Shown piece after piece: positions 9,538 to 19,005 of a DNA stretch of 32,000 nt. The stretch spans positions 1,320,001 to 1,352,000 of the forward strand of contig NC_015913.1 in the NCBI RefSeq assembly GCF_000270205.1, written 5' to 3'. A model generated the notes under the pieces. That model made no database searches. It worked only from the letters and a program-made list of their open reading frames with translations, and was not told the DNA's origin. The stretch comes from Candidatus Arthromitus sp. SFB-mouse-Japan (GTDB lineage Bacteria > Bacillota > Clostridia > Clostridiales > Clostridiaceae). The position numbers and the translations under genes were made by a program. How positions within the stretch are numbered: position 1 is the first letter of the stretch; every line of letters starts with the position of its first letter.

Positions 9538-10440
9538 ATGAAATTTTTAATAAAATCATTAATCATCATCACGTTCTTTACAGGATTTTATCTTTGTACA
9601 TACGAGAATTTTTTTTCTGAATCCATACATTTTTTAACATTTTATTCTCAAAACTTTAAAGATTACATGAGTAACATTGTACTACAAAATAAAAATATTA
9701 ACAACACACTAGATGAAACAAATACCAAATCATTATTAAACGAGTACTTCATAACAATTTTTAACGAATGTCACATAAACGACAACTTCAAAGAAACTCT
9801 CAACTCTTCAAATTTCAAAATTTTAAATTTAAGAAATGAATCAGTCCAAAATATAGACTCAATTTTATCTATAAATGAAAAAAATTTATGCGTGTTAAAT
9901 GAAGTAGAAGACATGTTACAACTAAAATATTTAAAAATAGACGAATGTACTTACCGTTTATTTGGCTACGACAATTATTCAATTTCTTACGTTAATCCAA
10001 TACTTTTGACAAATAAAGATCTCTTAGATATCTATAAATATTTAAGAGTATTTGAGGACAACTTCTACACTTCTATTATTTTTGTTAATCAAAAAGATCT
10101 AAATAAAAAACTTATACCCCATATACTAAATAAAAATAGAATACTCTTAACTTTTGGAGAAGAATTTTCGATTAAAAATCACAAAAATTTTCCTTTAATA
10201 ACATTCGGAAAATTTAAAGATATAAACTTTTTATATCAATTAAATCTCTTCATATCAGATTATTCTATAAACAAAATAAAAATCAAATTATTCCCAACAA
10301 TTGAAGAAGGACTTCCTCTTCCATCCGAAAAAATAAAAGAAATGTTAGATGATTTTAATGATAATTCTAAATTAAAATTCTCGATTAGTGAAAATGGTGA
10401 CTATATTTATAGTGAATATGATATACTTAAGGATAGTTAA
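9538..10440 (+). CDS. hypothetical N-terminally anchored protein, first gene of the murT-gatD operon
   Basis: The SD AAGGGGA lies 7 nt before the ATG. There is an N-terminal hydrophobic helix. Only 25 nt separate it from murT and I see no terminator. I recognise no domain. Confidence 0.6.
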   Translation: MKFLIKSLIIITFFTGFYLCTYENFFSESIHFLTFYSQNFKDYMSNIVLQNKNINNTLDETNTKSLLNEYFITIFNECHINDNFKETLNSSNFKILNLRNESVQNIDSILSINEKNLCVLNEVEDMLQLKYLKIDECTYRLFGYDNYSISYVNPILLTNKDLLDIYKYLRVFEDNFYTSIIFVNQKDLNKKLIPHILNKNRILLTFGEEFSIKNHKNFPLITFGKFKDINFLYQLNLFISDYSINKIKIKLFPTIEEGLPLPSEKIKEMLDDFNDNSKLKFSISENGDYIYSEYDILKDS

Positions 10441-10465
10441 TAAAAATTTTAGAGGTTAGAGTAAA

Positions 10466-11806
10466 ATGAAAAAAATATTATCAATTATAATAACCAAAAT
10501 AGCTATTATGGTTTTAAAATTAAAGAAAAAAGGAAGTTCATTCCCTGGTAAAATTGCTTTAAAAATTTGTCCTGATATATTAAAACATGTATCAAAGAAT
10601 GTAAATACAATTTTAATCACAGGAACCAATGGTAAAACCACAACAACTGCTCTAACAAATCACATATTTAATAATTCATTTATCAACTGTTTCTCAAATT
10701 ACACAGGAGCAAATATGCTACCTGGAATAACTACAACTTACATAAAAAACTATAATTTATTTAACAAAAAAGTATCTAAGACCGCAATAATAGAAGTAGA
10801 TGAAGCTAGTTTAAAATATATTTGCAAATTTATCGAACCAAAAATAATTGCCGTTACAAATATTTTTCGCGACCAATTAGATAGATACGGAGAAGTCTAT
10901 ACAACTCTAAATCATATTAAAGAAGGAATAAAACTCTGCAGTAACTCAAAGCTCATATTAAATGGAGACGAACCTCTGCTATGCTCTCTCGAAAAAATAT
11001 ATAATAGCAAATATTATTTTGGATTTGAAAACTACAAAAGTAATTCAAATCAAGAAAACCTAAATGTAGAGGCTACTAATTGTAAGTTTTGTGGATCGCC
11101 TTACGAGTATAATTTCATAACTTATAATCATTTGGGAAATTTTAAATGCAGTAGATGTGATTTTAAAAGAGAAGAGCTTGATTTTTCTGTTGCAGATATT
11201 TTAGAAAATAATATAAATGAAAGTATTATAAAAATTAAAAACAACGTTATAACAATAAATCAAGGTGGTATTTATAATATATATAACGTTCTTTGTGCCT
11301 ATGCCATCAGTTCAGTTTGCAATATACCAGATTATATTATAATCGACTCTATAAAAACATTTTCAAATGTATTTGGACGACAGGAAAATTTTAAAATTAA
11401 AAATAATGACATAACTATGTTCCTAGTAAAAAACCCTGCAGGCTTTAATGAAACACTAAACACTATAAATTTAAATAAACAAAATGAATTTTATCTTGGA
11501 TTTTTATTAAATGACAACTTTGCAGATGGTCAAGACATCTCGTGGATATATGATGTAAATATTGAAATGATAAATGATTTTAAGCTAAAAGAAGTATTCA
11601 CTGGAGGAACAAGAACCCATGACATGGGTTTAAGATTAAACCTCGGAGAAGTTAAAAATATAAATATCTTTGAGAAATATGAAGAGATTTTAGATTATTT
11701 AGAAAACAAAGAAAATGAAACCGTATATATTCTTTGTAGTTATACTTGTATGCTTGAATTCAGAAGATTCTTGTATAGCAAAAAATACATAGATTCAATT
11801 TGGTAA
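10466..11806 (+). CDS. murT: lipid II isoglutaminyl synthase, Mur-ligase-like subunit MurT
   Basis: It has the Mur ligase P-loop ITGTNGKTTT and NIFRDQLDRYGE. The Cys4 ribbon CKFCG...CSRC and the C-terminal LNDNFADGQDISWIYD (DUF1727 region) are collinear with S. aureus MurT. Confidence 0.9.
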   Translation: MKKILSIIITKIAIMVLKLKKKGSSFPGKIALKICPDILKHVSKNVNTILITGTNGKTTTTALTNHIFNNSFINCFSNYTGANMLPGITTTYIKNYNLFNKKVSKTAIIEVDEASLKYICKFIEPKIIAVTNIFRDQLDRYGEVYTTLNHIKEGIKLCSNSKLILNGDEPLLCSLEKIYNSKYYFGFENYKSNSNQENLNVEATNCKFCGSPYEYNFITYNHLGNFKCSRCDFKREELDFSVADILENNINESIIKIKNNVITINQGGIYNIYNVLCAYAISSVCNIPDYIIIDSIKTFSNVFGRQENFKIKNNDITMFLVKNPAGFNETLNTINLNKQNEFYLGFLLNDNFADGQDISWIYDVNIEMINDFKLKEVFTGGTRTHDMGLRLNLGEVKNINIFEKYEEILDYLENKENETVYILCSYTCMLEFRRFLYSKKYIDSIW

Positions 11807-11823
11807 ATTAGGAGGTTTTTAAT

Positions 11824-12549
11824 ATGGAAATAACAGTACACCACTTTTATCCCGATCTACTAAATACATACGGTGATATTGGAAATATTTTAGCCTTAAA
11901 AAAAAGATGTAAAGAACGAAGAATAGAAGTTAAAATAAATAATGTCCACATAGGCGATGATATTTCTTTAAATATTGGCGATATTGTATTTATTGGTGGT
12001 GGACAAGATTTCGAACAGTCCTTAGTCGTAGATGACTTATTATCAAAAAGAAATGTCATAAAAGATTTTATAGAAGAAAATGGATGTGTACTTGCTATAT
12101 GTGGCGGGTATCAACTCCTTGGAAAAAGTTATACAACTCAAACTGGTGATATTCTAGAAGGACTTGGTATATTAAATATTTATACAGTCGCATCTAATAT
12201 TCGTAAAACTGGAAATATTGTAATAAAAAATGAAGAAAATGGGGAAACTTACATAGGTTTTGAAAACCACTCAGGTAATACATATATAAATGATCACACT
12301 CCTCTTGGGAAGTGCATAATTGGTTTTGGAAATAATGGAGAAGATTCTTATGAAGGACTTGTATATAAAAATACAATATGCACATATATGCACGGTCCAC
12401 TTCTGCCCAAAAACAGAGAAATTACAGATAGATTAATATCAAATTGCTTAAAATCAAAATATCAAAACTTTACAGAATTAGAAGATATTGACTCAACATA
12501 CGAGGATAAATGTAAAGACTTTTTACTTAATAGATTTAACATAAAATAA
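11824..12549 (+). CDS. gatD: lipid II isoglutaminyl synthase, glutaminase subunit GatD
   Basis: It has the CobB/CobQ-type amidotransferase nucleophile elbow ICGGYQLLG and GFENHSG...YMHGPLLPKN. It is collinear with S. aureus GatD. The SD is AGGAGG. Confidence 0.9.
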   Translation: MEITVHHFYPDLLNTYGDIGNILALKKRCKERRIEVKINNVHIGDDISLNIGDIVFIGGGQDFEQSLVVDDLLSKRNVIKDFIEENGCVLAICGGYQLLGKSYTTQTGDILEGLGILNIYTVASNIRKTGNIVIKNEENGETYIGFENHSGNTYINDHTPLGKCIIGFGNNGEDSYEGLVYKNTICTYMHGPLLPKNREITDRLISNCLKSKYQNFTELEDIDSTYEDKCKDFLLNRFNIK

Positions 12550-12593
12550 TATAGTTTAAAATTTTAAAATTTTATATATTTGGAGTAATTTTC

Positions 12594-13838
12594 ATGAAAA
12601 AATTTAAAACAAAATTATCAATGTTTTTATTTGCTATTTTTGCAATGACTTTGTTTTTAACAAATATTTCTTTAGCTGCAACCCCTTATTCTTATAAAAT
12701 AACTCTAGAAGAGGATATACACTTCATACATAATACAATAATAAATTATGATGGTCATGGTGGTAATCAAGAAGTAAATTATATTGAATTTGATTTAAAC
12801 AATGAAAACATTTCTTTAGCATTAATTAAAGCAAACAACCTAACAGCATCAAAAGAAACTTTATTAACACAATTAAATAATTCCGAATACATAACAGGTA
12901 AAAATATTATTGGTGGAGTAAATGGCGAATTCTTTCAAATGTCAAATGGTCAACCGCTTTTCACTACAATATCAGAAGGTGAAATATTCTCTATAATAAG
13001 TGATCCTTCTGATTCAAAAAGGCCTGTATTTTACATAGACAAATCTGGAAAGTATGGATTTGATTTTTTTACAGTAAGTGGAGCTATAAAATTTATAAAA
13101 GGATCTTATAAAGATCTCCAAATAGAATCTATAAATAAACTTGATTCATACAAACACACAAATATATCAAATTACAAAATAAATGAAGAATCAACTTACT
13201 ACCCACACGAAGGTTTACCTTCACGCTATATGCTAATAGAACTTTTTAATAGCGATGGAAGTATTTTTGCTGGAACAACAATATACGGAAAAGTAATTGA
13301 TATAGGAGAAATGAACGAACCTAAAAAAATCGAAAAGAACCAAGTTTTAATCACATCTTATGGTGATGAAAATTATTACAATATTGATTATAAATTTTTA
13401 AACGAAATCGTATCATTCAATTTTAATATTTATTCTAAAAATGAACAAAAGTTCAAAAACGATATTCTCCACGCCTTCACAGGTCATGAATATCTAATAT
13501 CTTCAGGTAAAGAGATGGGAATTGATTATTATAAAACACTAGGTGATACATCATTTATAACTGGAAGACATGCAAGAACAGCCTTAGGTATAACAAGTTA
13601 TAATAAAGTAATATTATTTACAGTAGACAAATCAGATGATAGCCTAGGTATGACGCTTTCTGAGCTTTCAAAATATTTAAAAGATCTAGACATAGTTGAT
13701 GCAATAAATCTAGATGGAGGTGGTTCAACCTCAATAGCACTTGAAAATAATACATACACTTTAAAACTAATGAATGATCAAACAAAATATCAAAGAGAGA
13801 TAACAAATGGAATTGGAATAATAGTAAATAAGGCGTAG
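12594..13838 (+). CDS. secreted phosphodiester glycosidase family protein (NAGPA/DUF2233 domain)
   Basis: The signal peptide ends in ISLAA|TP. Family hallmarks are GGVNGEFF near the start of the domain and TVDKSDDSLGMTLSELSKYL...AINLDGGGSTS at the end. Confidence 0.8.
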   Translation: MKKFKTKLSMFLFAIFAMTLFLTNISLAATPYSYKITLEEDIHFIHNTIINYDGHGGNQEVNYIEFDLNNENISLALIKANNLTASKETLLTQLNNSEYITGKNIIGGVNGEFFQMSNGQPLFTTISEGEIFSIISDPSDSKRPVFYIDKSGKYGFDFFTVSGAIKFIKGSYKDLQIESINKLDSYKHTNISNYKINEESTYYPHEGLPSRYMLIELFNSDGSIFAGTTIYGKVIDIGEMNEPKKIEKNQVLITSYGDENYYNIDYKFLNEIVSFNFNIYSKNEQKFKNDILHAFTGHEYLISSGKEMGIDYYKTLGDTSFITGRHARTALGITSYNKVILFTVDKSDDSLGMTLSELSKYLKDLDIVDAINLDGGGSTSIALENNTYTLKLMNDQTKYQREITNGIGIIVNKA

Positions 13839-13858
13839 ATATTAAATCTACGCCTTTT
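13830..13858. terminator. intrinsic terminator at the convergence of the glycosidase and surface-protein genes
   Basis: The 11-bp perfect stem AAGGCGTAGAT (13830-13840) / ATCTACGCCTT (13846-13856) overlaps the TAG stop. It has a short T run on the plus strand and a weaker one on the minus strand. Confidence 0.7.
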
Positions 13859-13916
13859 AGTTATAACTATTTGCTTTTTTAGGAAAATCACATGTGTTAA
13901 ATTAAAATTTCAAATT

Positions 13917-14279
13917 CTACCACTCAAAATTAAGCTTTTGAGCTAAAGTTTTTAATTCATTTTCATTAACCATTCTATCAGCTAAAGCTTGAAGAGTTGC
14001 AGAAGATGATCCATAAACTGATAATAATTTTTTGTATTCTGCCACCCAGAATGCCTTACCTTGAGTATCAGAATCTCTATTAACTATAGCATTATATAAC
14101 GCTTCTACCTTATTTTCAGGAGTTGTATATAGCTTGTCAAATTCTTTTTCATTTATCATATTTAATAAGAATGCCCTTAAAGAAACTTTCTTACTAGTTA
14201 AATTTCCTAAATGGAACATATATCCATTCTCATCAGCTGGTCTATTAAATACGACATTATAAACATTAGCTAAATAACT
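13917..14279 (-). other. shared C-terminal module, copy 1 (two DUF4214-like repeats, 120 aa)
   Basis: Repeat 1 is YLANVYNVVFNRPADENGYMFHLGNL. Repeat 2 is KVEALYNAIVNRDSDTQGKAFWVAEY. The module ends ...LAQKLNFEW*. Confidence 0.7.
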
Positions 14280-17105
14280 TTGACCTTCAGATGTAGAATC
14301 AATTTTTACATTTTTAAGAACTAAAGTTTTAGTTTTGTTATTTTTATCATTGTAATTAATACTTATTTCAGTATACTCTTTTCCTGGAACTAATCCTTCA
14401 AGAACTACCTTTCCATTCTGGAATCTAGCTTTAACATTTGAGTATTGATCATTAGTTTCAATTACAGTTTTACCGTTCTTATCTTTATATTTAAATCCAA
14501 CAGGTGTAGGATTTGCACTACTTTCAGTATAAGAAACGCCTGAAGGTATAGTTACACTTATTGAAGTCGAACCTTTAGTTGAATTAGTACTAGTTACATT
14601 AACTGTAGTAGATCCAGTTGATGAAGAACTACTGCTTCCTCCAGATATTGTTCCACCACTACCTGATGAAGAACCAGGCTTTGTTGTTGCCACAGCTATA
14701 TTAGAATAAATATCTCGGACTTCTGAATTTCCCTCTTTGTATGAATATGTCACCACAAACTCATATTCTTTACCAGCATTCAATCCTGTAACTACCTTAG
14801 TTACTGGATCTTCTTTTATATCACTAGATGAAATATCAGCACCCTTTGCAATTTCCCATCCATCATTAGCACCTAATCCAGCTTTATATTCTCTGTAATA
14901 AATTATTCCACCTGTTATATTTTTAATCAAATCATTATTTCCGAAGAAATCCATATCAATTGTCAATCTAACTGAAGATGTTGTAGGATTATCAGCTTTA
15001 AGTAATACAGTTATAGGATTATAATTTGCAATTACTCCAGCACTATAAGTTCCTTGATACTTTCCACTAGTTACAACATTATGAATTGTATTAATTCCTG
15101 ATTTAAATTGATCAAATGTAACTCTATCACTACCACTAACTGGATCGTTCACTCTTACAGTTCCAGTAGGTACCGTAGAATTAAATTTAGCATCTATTTT
15201 AAATTGATCAGTTATATTTTCTGTTCCACTGTTAGTAGCTTGAACATTTGTTAAATTTACGGATTCAACTACTCCAGGAGTTAAGTCTACCTTTCCTTCA
15301 ACTTTCTTACCATTTATCTCAAGAATCCAAGAAGCATCAGTTTTATTTGGAACAGCTCCATTAAATTGAACATCAAATACTAAATTGTCACTCTTACTCT
15401 CCGTACTATTAAATGTAGCTTTAACACCATCAACTGTTAATACTAATTTATTGTAATCTACTTTATCAAGCAAATTATTTAATAATTTATTTCCACCAAC
15501 TATTGTAACTTGTCCTTCTGAAGAACTAGTTTTTACGAACTTAGATTGTACAGCAACACCATCAATCTTATCAGTAGAAATTATTAATGATGTTTGAACA
15601 GAATCAAATGATCCAGGAGTAAATTCCGCCCCTACAGGAATCTCAGTACCACTATTTGTTGGCTGTTGTTTATTTATATTTTCCTTATCCTTAACATCAT
15701 TATAATCAAACGTAACTGCTACTGTTTGATATCCATGTTTGAAATTCTCTAAATTCAAAGTAACTGAAGCATTAGTATTTATTCCATTAGTAAAATCTTT
15801 TACTCCATTTGTAATATCTACATATCTAAAAGTACTAGTAGTAACAGTACTTGTCGCCGAAGTAACACTAGCAGAACTAAAAGCATTGAAATACATTGCA
15901 CTTCCTACACCAGATACATTAAATGAATATTCACCAATCAATGCAACATCACTCGTAGTAGCATTAGCACCACCAGCAGGAGCTGTAAATCCAAACCCCA
16001 CTTTAGATGTAGGTACAAAATTATCTTCAAGAGTACTTATATCACTATCTACTTTTGCACTTTCTACACTTATCTTAACTTCTTTTGTTCCAGCTGTAGG
16101 TTGATCTACCTTTAACTTCGCCCCTCCAATTTTAGCTGTATTACCAGTAGTCTCATTTTTAACTGTTTGATTGTATTCTAATAACTTATCAGTTCCAACA
16201 CTTATTATATAATTATCCCTATCTGCAACATGTGATGGTAATTCTGGTTCTTTAGCCTCATTAAAATCATTTTTTAAAGTTGTTTTCAAAGTATTCATTG
16301 CAGTTGAATCATTTGTGGCTACAACACTCTTAAAAGTTGAAGATTTATCTTGAACTAAAACAATATCTGAAGTTAAAGTATACTCTTTATTATTCCCATA
16401 AGCAATCTCTACTTTTACCGTATCATTTAAATCCAAATTCCCATTTTTACCTAACTTTAACAAACTAACTTTATATTCACCAGTTGTTGAATCTTTAGTC
16501 AGTTCAACTGCTTTTGTTTTATCATTCCCCAAATAAGCAGTTACCGACTTAGGTTCGAAATTAGCAATTTCTTGTGAACCATTATTAAATTTAAGATCCT
16601 TTAATACAAGTTGTCCTGTAGTTATATCAGTTGTAAAACTTACAGAATCACTTGGCTTTTTAACTAAGCTTAAAGTATATTCTGCTGTCATCTTATTTGC
16701 GTAAACTATAGTAACTTTTCCAGTATAAATTCCTGGCGCAGTTATTCCACTTACATTAAATTTTCCAGTATTTTTATCCCATACACCCGTAGCTTTTGAT
16801 GCAGTCTCTTTAAGATCAGATCTCTCAGTAAAAGGTTTATACTCAAACTCTCCTGTAACATTACTTATAGTTTCAGGACTTATCTTAGTAAATGTAACCT
16901 GAGCTTTACCATCTGCACTCATATCTACAGATGTCTCTAGAGACTCTATTTCTAAAGTTTTTAACTTATCTAATAAATCTGTACTTAATTTAGAATCTTG
17001 TGCATGAGCTATAAAAGCTTGTCCACCTACTGCACCAACAGTAACCATTAAAGAATTCATTCCAAGTGCTGCTGCCAAAGCAAGCGCTACTCTTTTTTTA
17101 TTCAT
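13917..17105 (-). CDS. large cysteine-free secreted surface protein (S-layer-like candidate) with a C-terminal tandem DUF4214-like module
   Basis: ATG 17105 is 10 nt after GGAGG (rc of 17116-17120) and gives the signal peptide MNKKRVALALAAALGMNSLMVTVGAVGGQAFIAHA|QDS; the track start 17129 adds MKNGGKNN. There is no Cys in 1062 aa, and the composition is Thr/Ser/Asn/Lys/Val/Gly-rich. An FN3-like unit (VTGLNAGKEYEFVVTYSY) is followed by a Ser/Gly linker and a second FN3-like unit (LEGLVPGKEYTEISINY). The protein then ends in the shared 120-aa terminal module. Confidence 0.85.
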   Translation of the reverse strand: MNKKRVALALAAALGMNSLMVTVGAVGGQAFIAHAQDSKLSTDLLDKLKTLEIESLETSVDMSADGKAQVTFTKISPETISNVTGEFEYKPFTERSDLKETASKATGVWDKNTGKFNVSGITAPGIYTGKVTIVYANKMTAEYTLSLVKKPSDSVSFTTDITTGQLVLKDLKFNNGSQEIANFEPKSVTAYLGNDKTKAVELTKDSTTGEYKVSLLKLGKNGNLDLNDTVKVEIAYGNNKEYTLTSDIVLVQDKSSTFKSVVATNDSTAMNTLKTTLKNDFNEAKEPELPSHVADRDNYIISVGTDKLLEYNQTVKNETTGNTAKIGGAKLKVDQPTAGTKEVKISVESAKVDSDISTLEDNFVPTSKVGFGFTAPAGGANATTSDVALIGEYSFNVSGVGSAMYFNAFSSASVTSATSTVTTSTFRYVDITNGVKDFTNGINTNASVTLNLENFKHGYQTVAVTFDYNDVKDKENINKQQPTNSGTEIPVGAEFTPGSFDSVQTSLIISTDKIDGVAVQSKFVKTSSSEGQVTIVGGNKLLNNLLDKVDYNKLVLTVDGVKATFNSTESKSDNLVFDVQFNGAVPNKTDASWILEINGKKVEGKVDLTPGVVESVNLTNVQATNSGTENITDQFKIDAKFNSTVPTGTVRVNDPVSGSDRVTFDQFKSGINTIHNVVTSGKYQGTYSAGVIANYNPITVLLKADNPTTSSVRLTIDMDFFGNNDLIKNITGGIIYYREYKAGLGANDGWEIAKGADISSSDIKEDPVTKVVTGLNAGKEYEFVVTYSYKEGNSEVRDIYSNIAVATTKPGSSSGSGGTISGGSSSSSSTGSTTVNVTSTNSTKGSTSISVTIPSGVSYTESSANPTPVGFKYKDKNGKTVIETNDQYSNVKARFQNGKVVLEGLVPGKEYTEISINYNDKNNKTKTLVLKNVKIDSTSEGQSYLANVYNVVFNRPADENGYMFHLGNLTSKKVSLRAFLLNMINEKEFDKLYTTPENKVEALYNAIVNRDSDTQGKAFWVAEYKKLLSVYGSSSATLQALADRMVNENELKTLAQKLNFEW

Positions 17106-17789
17106 ATTATTTTTGCCTCCATTTTTCATTTAAAAATAATCTTATTTTTTCTTATCTCTATGTAAATATTAACTATGCAAATTATCATATAGAAGTGTCA
17201 AATCTTTTCTCAGATTGTCCCTTTACTTCCGCATATCCAACTAAAAATTATAATCAGTATTTCTTCATCTTTTGTTAAAACCATTCCATTAAAAAGGATT
17301 AATCTAATCCTTACTCGCAATCTTATATTAATGCTCCATTATACTAATTTAACAATACTTATTGCTTGTCCATTTATTAAATATAGTAACAACACATTGC
17401 TATAATAAAATTATTAAAATACTTTGAAAACAAAATCAAATCACTAAATTTTTTTCTATCAATTTTCGGTTTTAAGTCAAACTTTCCAGTCAAAGATAAA
17501 ACTTCTCCTCAAAAATTTTATCTACATTGTTATACACTATAAATTTACAGAATTCTTTTTATATGTTCCCTCCAATTAACTTAAACACAAAGAATCATAT
17601 TAATTTTTATAAAATAATAACAATTACATTACAATATTAATACATTTCGCATACTAAAGTCAATATATTTTATAACTATTTTACTATAATTTTGGTTATT
17701 AATCCATAATTATTTCTCTATTTATGCGTTATATTTTTTATAAAATTATGATAAAACTATAAAAGTGTTACACTACATTAACTTTTAAA

Positions 17790-17820
17790 AAAACAAAAAA
17801 GCCATTTGAAAAACCAAATG
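17790..17820 (-). terminator. weak intrinsic terminator after the GT2 gene
   Basis: The 6-bp stem CATTTG (17803-17808) / CAAATG (17815-17820) sits immediately after the stop. On the minus strand it is followed by GCTTTTTTGTTTTTTT. Confidence 0.4.
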
Positions 17821-17821
17821 A

Positions 17822-18805
17822 CTACACAAGTAAAAACAAATTATGAAGATGCCTATATCCAAAATCTAAAAGTTGCACCTCTATACCCTTAATAAATCCT
17901 AAGCCACTAAGTATTGCAGTCTTACTGCTATCATAACTAAATATGTCCTCACTCATAAAACAATTAAAACCATATTCATCAATAAATCTACACCTAATAT
18001 TCGGATAATACCTTGAAAATATGTGATTGATAATATTTATTATCTCTCTCTCATATACGATTATAATATTATCAAAACTTTCTATAACATTTTTAAATAA
18101 ATAAGTAAGTTTAAGCTCAATATTTCTATACAACATATCATATGAGTTACTAGAATCAAGAGAAGTGTTCTTTTTATGAACCCTATAGTTATAAACCACC
18201 TCAGGTAAATTTCCTATCTTATACCCAGCATTATGAAATTCTAAATAAATAAGCTTATCTTCAACAATCGAAAACTCTTTCTTAAACGGCATAAGTTCTA
18301 TAAATAAATCTCGCTTTCCAAATAATCCTCCCCCGTTTATACAAGACCCCGAATATATCCTAAGAAATTGATGATAATCATCTAAAACTTCATAATTAAG
18401 TGATTCCATCATCTTCATGTAAATCTCGCTACCATTCCCAAAACCTTTTAAGTAGCACCCTATAAGATCATAATTTCCCTCTTTTAAATATTTAAGCTGT
18501 TTCTCATACCTATAAATATCATTGATATCATCCCCATCACATCTTGCAATGTATTTACCATTAGAAAGTAGTACTCCCATTTTCATTGCTTCACATATTC
18601 CACCATTTCTTTTAGTAATAACCTTGATCCTCTTATCCATCTTCTCATATTCTATCAAAATATTATAACTTCTATCAGTTGAACCATCATCGATAAGAAT
18701 TATCTCAAGATTACTGTAACTCTGATTAATAATACTATCTAATGAATCTCTTAAATAAATTTCATTATTATAAACTGGAACAATAACACTTATTAAATCT
18801 TCCAT
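17822..18805 (-). CDS. family 2 glycosyltransferase (GT-A fold)
   Basis: The N-terminus SVIVPVYNNEIYLRDSLDSIINQSYSNLEIILIDDGSTD and the DXD motif (RCDGDD) are present. The SD AAGGAG precedes the ATG. Confidence 0.85.
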   Translation of the reverse strand: MEDLISVIVPVYNNEIYLRDSLDSIINQSYSNLEIILIDDGSTDRSYNILIEYEKMDKRIKVITKRNGGICEAMKMGVLLSNGKYIARCDGDDINDIYRYEKQLKYLKEGNYDLIGCYLKGFGNGSEIYMKMMESLNYEVLDDYHQFLRIYSGSCINGGGLFGKRDLFIELMPFKKEFSIVEDKLIYLEFHNAGYKIGNLPEVVYNYRVHKKNTSLDSSNSYDMLYRNIELKLTYLFKNVIESFDNIIIVYEREIINIINHIFSRYYPNIRCRFIDEYGFNCFMSEDIFSYDSSKTAILSGLGFIKGIEVQLLDFGYRHLHNLFLLV

Positions 18806-18837
18806 ATATAATTCTCCTTAAAATTATACAATACTTT

Positions 18838-18872
18838 ATAAAAATAGCTAGAATTCTTAAAAATTCTAGCTA
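18838..18872 (-). terminator. intrinsic terminator after the 298-aa orphan gene
   Basis: The 11-bp perfect stem TAGCTAGAATT (18845-18855) / AATTCTAGCTA (18862-18872) is followed on the minus strand by TTTTT. Confidence 0.75.
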
Positions 18873-19005
18873 AATCTACTATATATAAAATCAAATCCAA
18901 ATTTAAATTTGATATTAATAATTTACGTAAACCAAAAACTCATTTAATTACAATTTTTATAAAAATAATTCAAGAGTGATATATCACCAGTTCTAATAAA
19001 CAAAA

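Noticed and set aside
15739-16104. A 121-aa plus-strand ORF inside the large surface-protein gene.
   Set aside because: It is the antisense frame of a Thr/Ser/Val-rich coding region. It has no SD and no domain, and the minus-strand frame is continuous and clearly coding.
17130-17821. A structured RNA (c-di-GMP riboswitch, T-box, sRNA, tRNA) or hidden small gene in the 0.7-kb gap upstream of the large surface-protein gene.
   Set aside because: There are no GC-rich helices and no conserved riboswitch cores that I recognise (for example ACGCAAAGC of GEMM-I). There is no T-loop GTTCGA-type motif and no ORF with an SD and start codon. Only the weak AT-rich elements listed in the findings are present.
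18976-18987. A perfect 12-bp palindrome GTGATATATCAC 19 nt downstream of the 298-aa gene stop.
   Set aside because: It is short and AT-rich with only a 4-bp GC-containing arm. It occurs once, has no partner site or T run, and is plausibly chance.
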